Of a stretch of 64,000 bases of DNA, positions 62,448-64,000 are shown one piece after another. Origin of the DNA: Bacteroidales bacterium. Lineage in GTDB: Bacteria; Bacteroidota; Bacteroidia; Bacteroidales; ML635J-15. A program made the translations under genes and the position numbers. The notes beneath the pieces were generated by a model. The model saw only the letters and a list, made by a program, of their open reading frames with translations. It ran no database searches and was not told the origin of the DNA. Each line of letters begins with the position of its first letter. Within the stretch, counting starts at the first letter, position 1. The stretch is from the NCBI GenBank assembly GCA_017617125.1, contig JAFZWY010000002.1, forward strand, positions 3,386 through 67,385, in the 5' to 3' direction.

Positions 62448-64000
62448 TTATTCCTTAATAAATTTTCGAACAACTCGAGCACTTCGGCTATGTTCAGCGT
62501 GCGAATTGGCATATATTCTAACCACATACAGCCCGTTGGGCAAATCCTCAACATTGCAGGCTACATTGTATGCATTCACGTCCACGCGCTTTACAACCTT
62601 TCCCAAAGTATTTACTATTTCTATTTCCGAAATTGTTTCGGGTGAGTAAATATTTATAATGTCATGAACTGGATTGGGAATAATGGAGATTTCTTCTGTA
62701 AGTTCTGTCTCATTCATAGTTGGTGTTGAATCGCAGCCTTCGTACATTGCAGGCTTAACGTGGACTATAATAGTTGTATCGTATGTACACCCGAAATTAT
62801 CAGTTGCAGAAAATGTGTAAGGGATTTCTCTCCAATTGTTTGTGTCGTTATTATGAACGATGGCTGTTGCATAACTATCTCCGCTCATTCCTGTTTGCAA
62901 GCCCTCGCCTCTCCACGAAAAACTGCTTTCTGGATATGAGTTGCTGTATGACCACAAATTGTCATGATATACATCTTCGCTGAAATCAATGCCCCATCCA
63001 AATATGTAGCCGTTGTCTATTTGGAGATGTTCGCATACATATAAAGTCCACAATCCATTGAGAGGACAGCCAACCAATGAAGCCATACTCTCGTATGAAG
63101 CATAATCGCCAGGATTTAACACATTACTACTTTCTGTAGTTCCACATGGGTCGGTATAAGTTATAGAAGTAAAGTATGGGGTATTTGAGCCCATATATTG
63201 AGTGGCTGTAGGCGTAAAATTGTAATCATATCCTACTCCTGCAGTATAATAGCAGTCGCTTGATGTCATTGGATCTGGTGCAAGTCCGAGATGTATATTA
63301 CCTCCACCCTTTGAATTTGAGTTATTTATTGTTGTTAGTTCCCATCCCGGAGCAACAGTAGGGTGATAACTAGAATACCCATGAAGCAAACAGTTTTGTC
63401 CATTAGGACATTCAAGCATAATGCTTAAATCGCCTAAATATGAATGTTCAATGTTAAGATATATTTTCTCAATATCGTTTATAGAGTTTACAATTGCACC
63501 TTCTTCGAATAAATAAAAGTAAAGACTAGTCCTGCAACAAAAATCGTAACCGTCAACAATATAAAGAGTATCAGTATTTAAGTTATAATTAATCGGTTCG
63601 TACCAAGTTTCGGGATGCACATCTCCAATCAGAGTGATTTGATCCCCAGAACACACCGAGTCAGGATAGAAACTTACATCTTCCCATGTTGGGGGTATTG
63701 ACACCCGAACTCTTAGCATGTTGATATTATTGTTTATATATCCACGTGTATCGGTTGCATTACAAAATACGAAGAAGGAGCCATTTTCTGTAAATGTGAA
63801 ACTAAAATTCCGGCCTGCATTATAGAACCACAATGTATCGTTATTTGTATCAATTATACCCCAGTCGTATGTAAGCGAATCCTCATACATAACGTATTGG
63901 TCATCGTTCTGGTAAAACTCCGAAGAGGCGGAGAAATTAATTTCTGTTCCACTACAAACGTCATAAGTATTATCGATAGTAGGATCTATACTTGGTGTAA
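62448..64000 (-). CDS. T9SS-secreted surface protein with proprotein-convertase P-domain module and type A (Por_Secre_tail) C-terminal domain, 5' end outside the window
   Basis: I checked codon by codon that the frame stays open from 63891 to the window edge. P-domain signature IEHSYLGDLSIMLECPNGQ. It shares the motif YTFSATDNFGCTYDT with the 1535-aa protein. C-terminal ISIIPNPVHDIINIY...VEDLPNGLYVVRIY. Confidence 0.85.
   Translation of the reverse strand, partial: TPSIDPTIDNTYDVCSGTEINFSASSEFYQNDDQYVMYEDSLTYDWGIIDTNNDTLWFYNAGRNFSFTFTENGSFFVFCNATDTRGYINNNINMLRVRVSIPPTWEDVSFYPDSVCSGDQITLIGDVHPETWYEPINYNLNTDTLYIVDGYDFCCRTSLYFYLFEEGAIVNSINDIEKIYLNIEHSYLGDLSIMLECPNGQNCLLHGYSSYHPTVAPGWELTTINNSNSKGGGNIHLGLAPDPMTSSDCYYTAGVGYDYNFTPTATQYMGSNTPYFTSITYTDPCGTTESSNVLNPGDYASYESMASLVGCPLNGLWTLYVCEHLQIDNGYIFGWGIDFSEDVYHDNLWSYSNSYPESSFSWRGEGLQTGMSGDSYATAIVHNNDTNNWREIPYTFSATDNFGCTYDTTIIVHVKPAMYEGCDSTPTMNETELTEEISIIPNPVHDIINIYSPETISEIEIVNTLGKVVKRVDVNAYNVACNVEDLPNGLYVVRIYANSHAEHSRSARVVRKFIKE

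Overview
This is a 64-kb chromosomal segment with the hallmarks of a Bacteroidota genome. TAnnTTTG -7 promoter boxes sit 16-28 nt upstream of most start codons, and there are no Shine-Dalgarno sequences. Other phylum markers are T9SS type A and type B C-terminal sorting domains, a fused FeoA-FeoB, an S46 dipeptidyl-peptidase, GH97, and an ExbB-ExbD-ExbD cluster. I call 50 protein-coding genes, two of which run off the window edges, and 6 tRNAs: Ser-GGA, Lys-CTT, Val-GAC, Val-CAC, Arg-TCT and Leu-TAG. I saw no rRNA, CRISPR array, transposase, integrase or phage genes, so most of the window is ordinary housekeeping and cell-envelope content. The observations most worth follow-up are these. (1) Five phased 19-nt direct repeats with an exact 33-bp period abut the promoter of a COG1373-type AAA ATPase/nuclease-like gene (49586-49749). 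(2) An unlisted 30-codon, extremely basic bS22/mS38-like ORF lies 8 nt behind the HU gene (38487-38579). (3) A 22-nt AATCGTA-repeat element is shared, in the same orientation, by the deaD-like and serA-like promoters. (4) A metal-uptake neighbourhood links a His-rich mini-protein, a TonB-dependent receptor, FeoAB, a hemerythrin-like protein and a LuxR regulator whose receiver domain lacks the phospho-acceptor Asp. (5) A GC-rich palindromic mini-element appears to be inserted in frame in a TIGR01212 radical SAM gene, with a related copy upstream of tRNA-Arg. (6) A 1535-aa type B T9SS adhesin has no adjacent PorP/SprF-like gene, and an AT-richer paralogous P-domain T9SS protein lies at the right edge. 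All functional calls come from motif recognition by eye. No database search was run.
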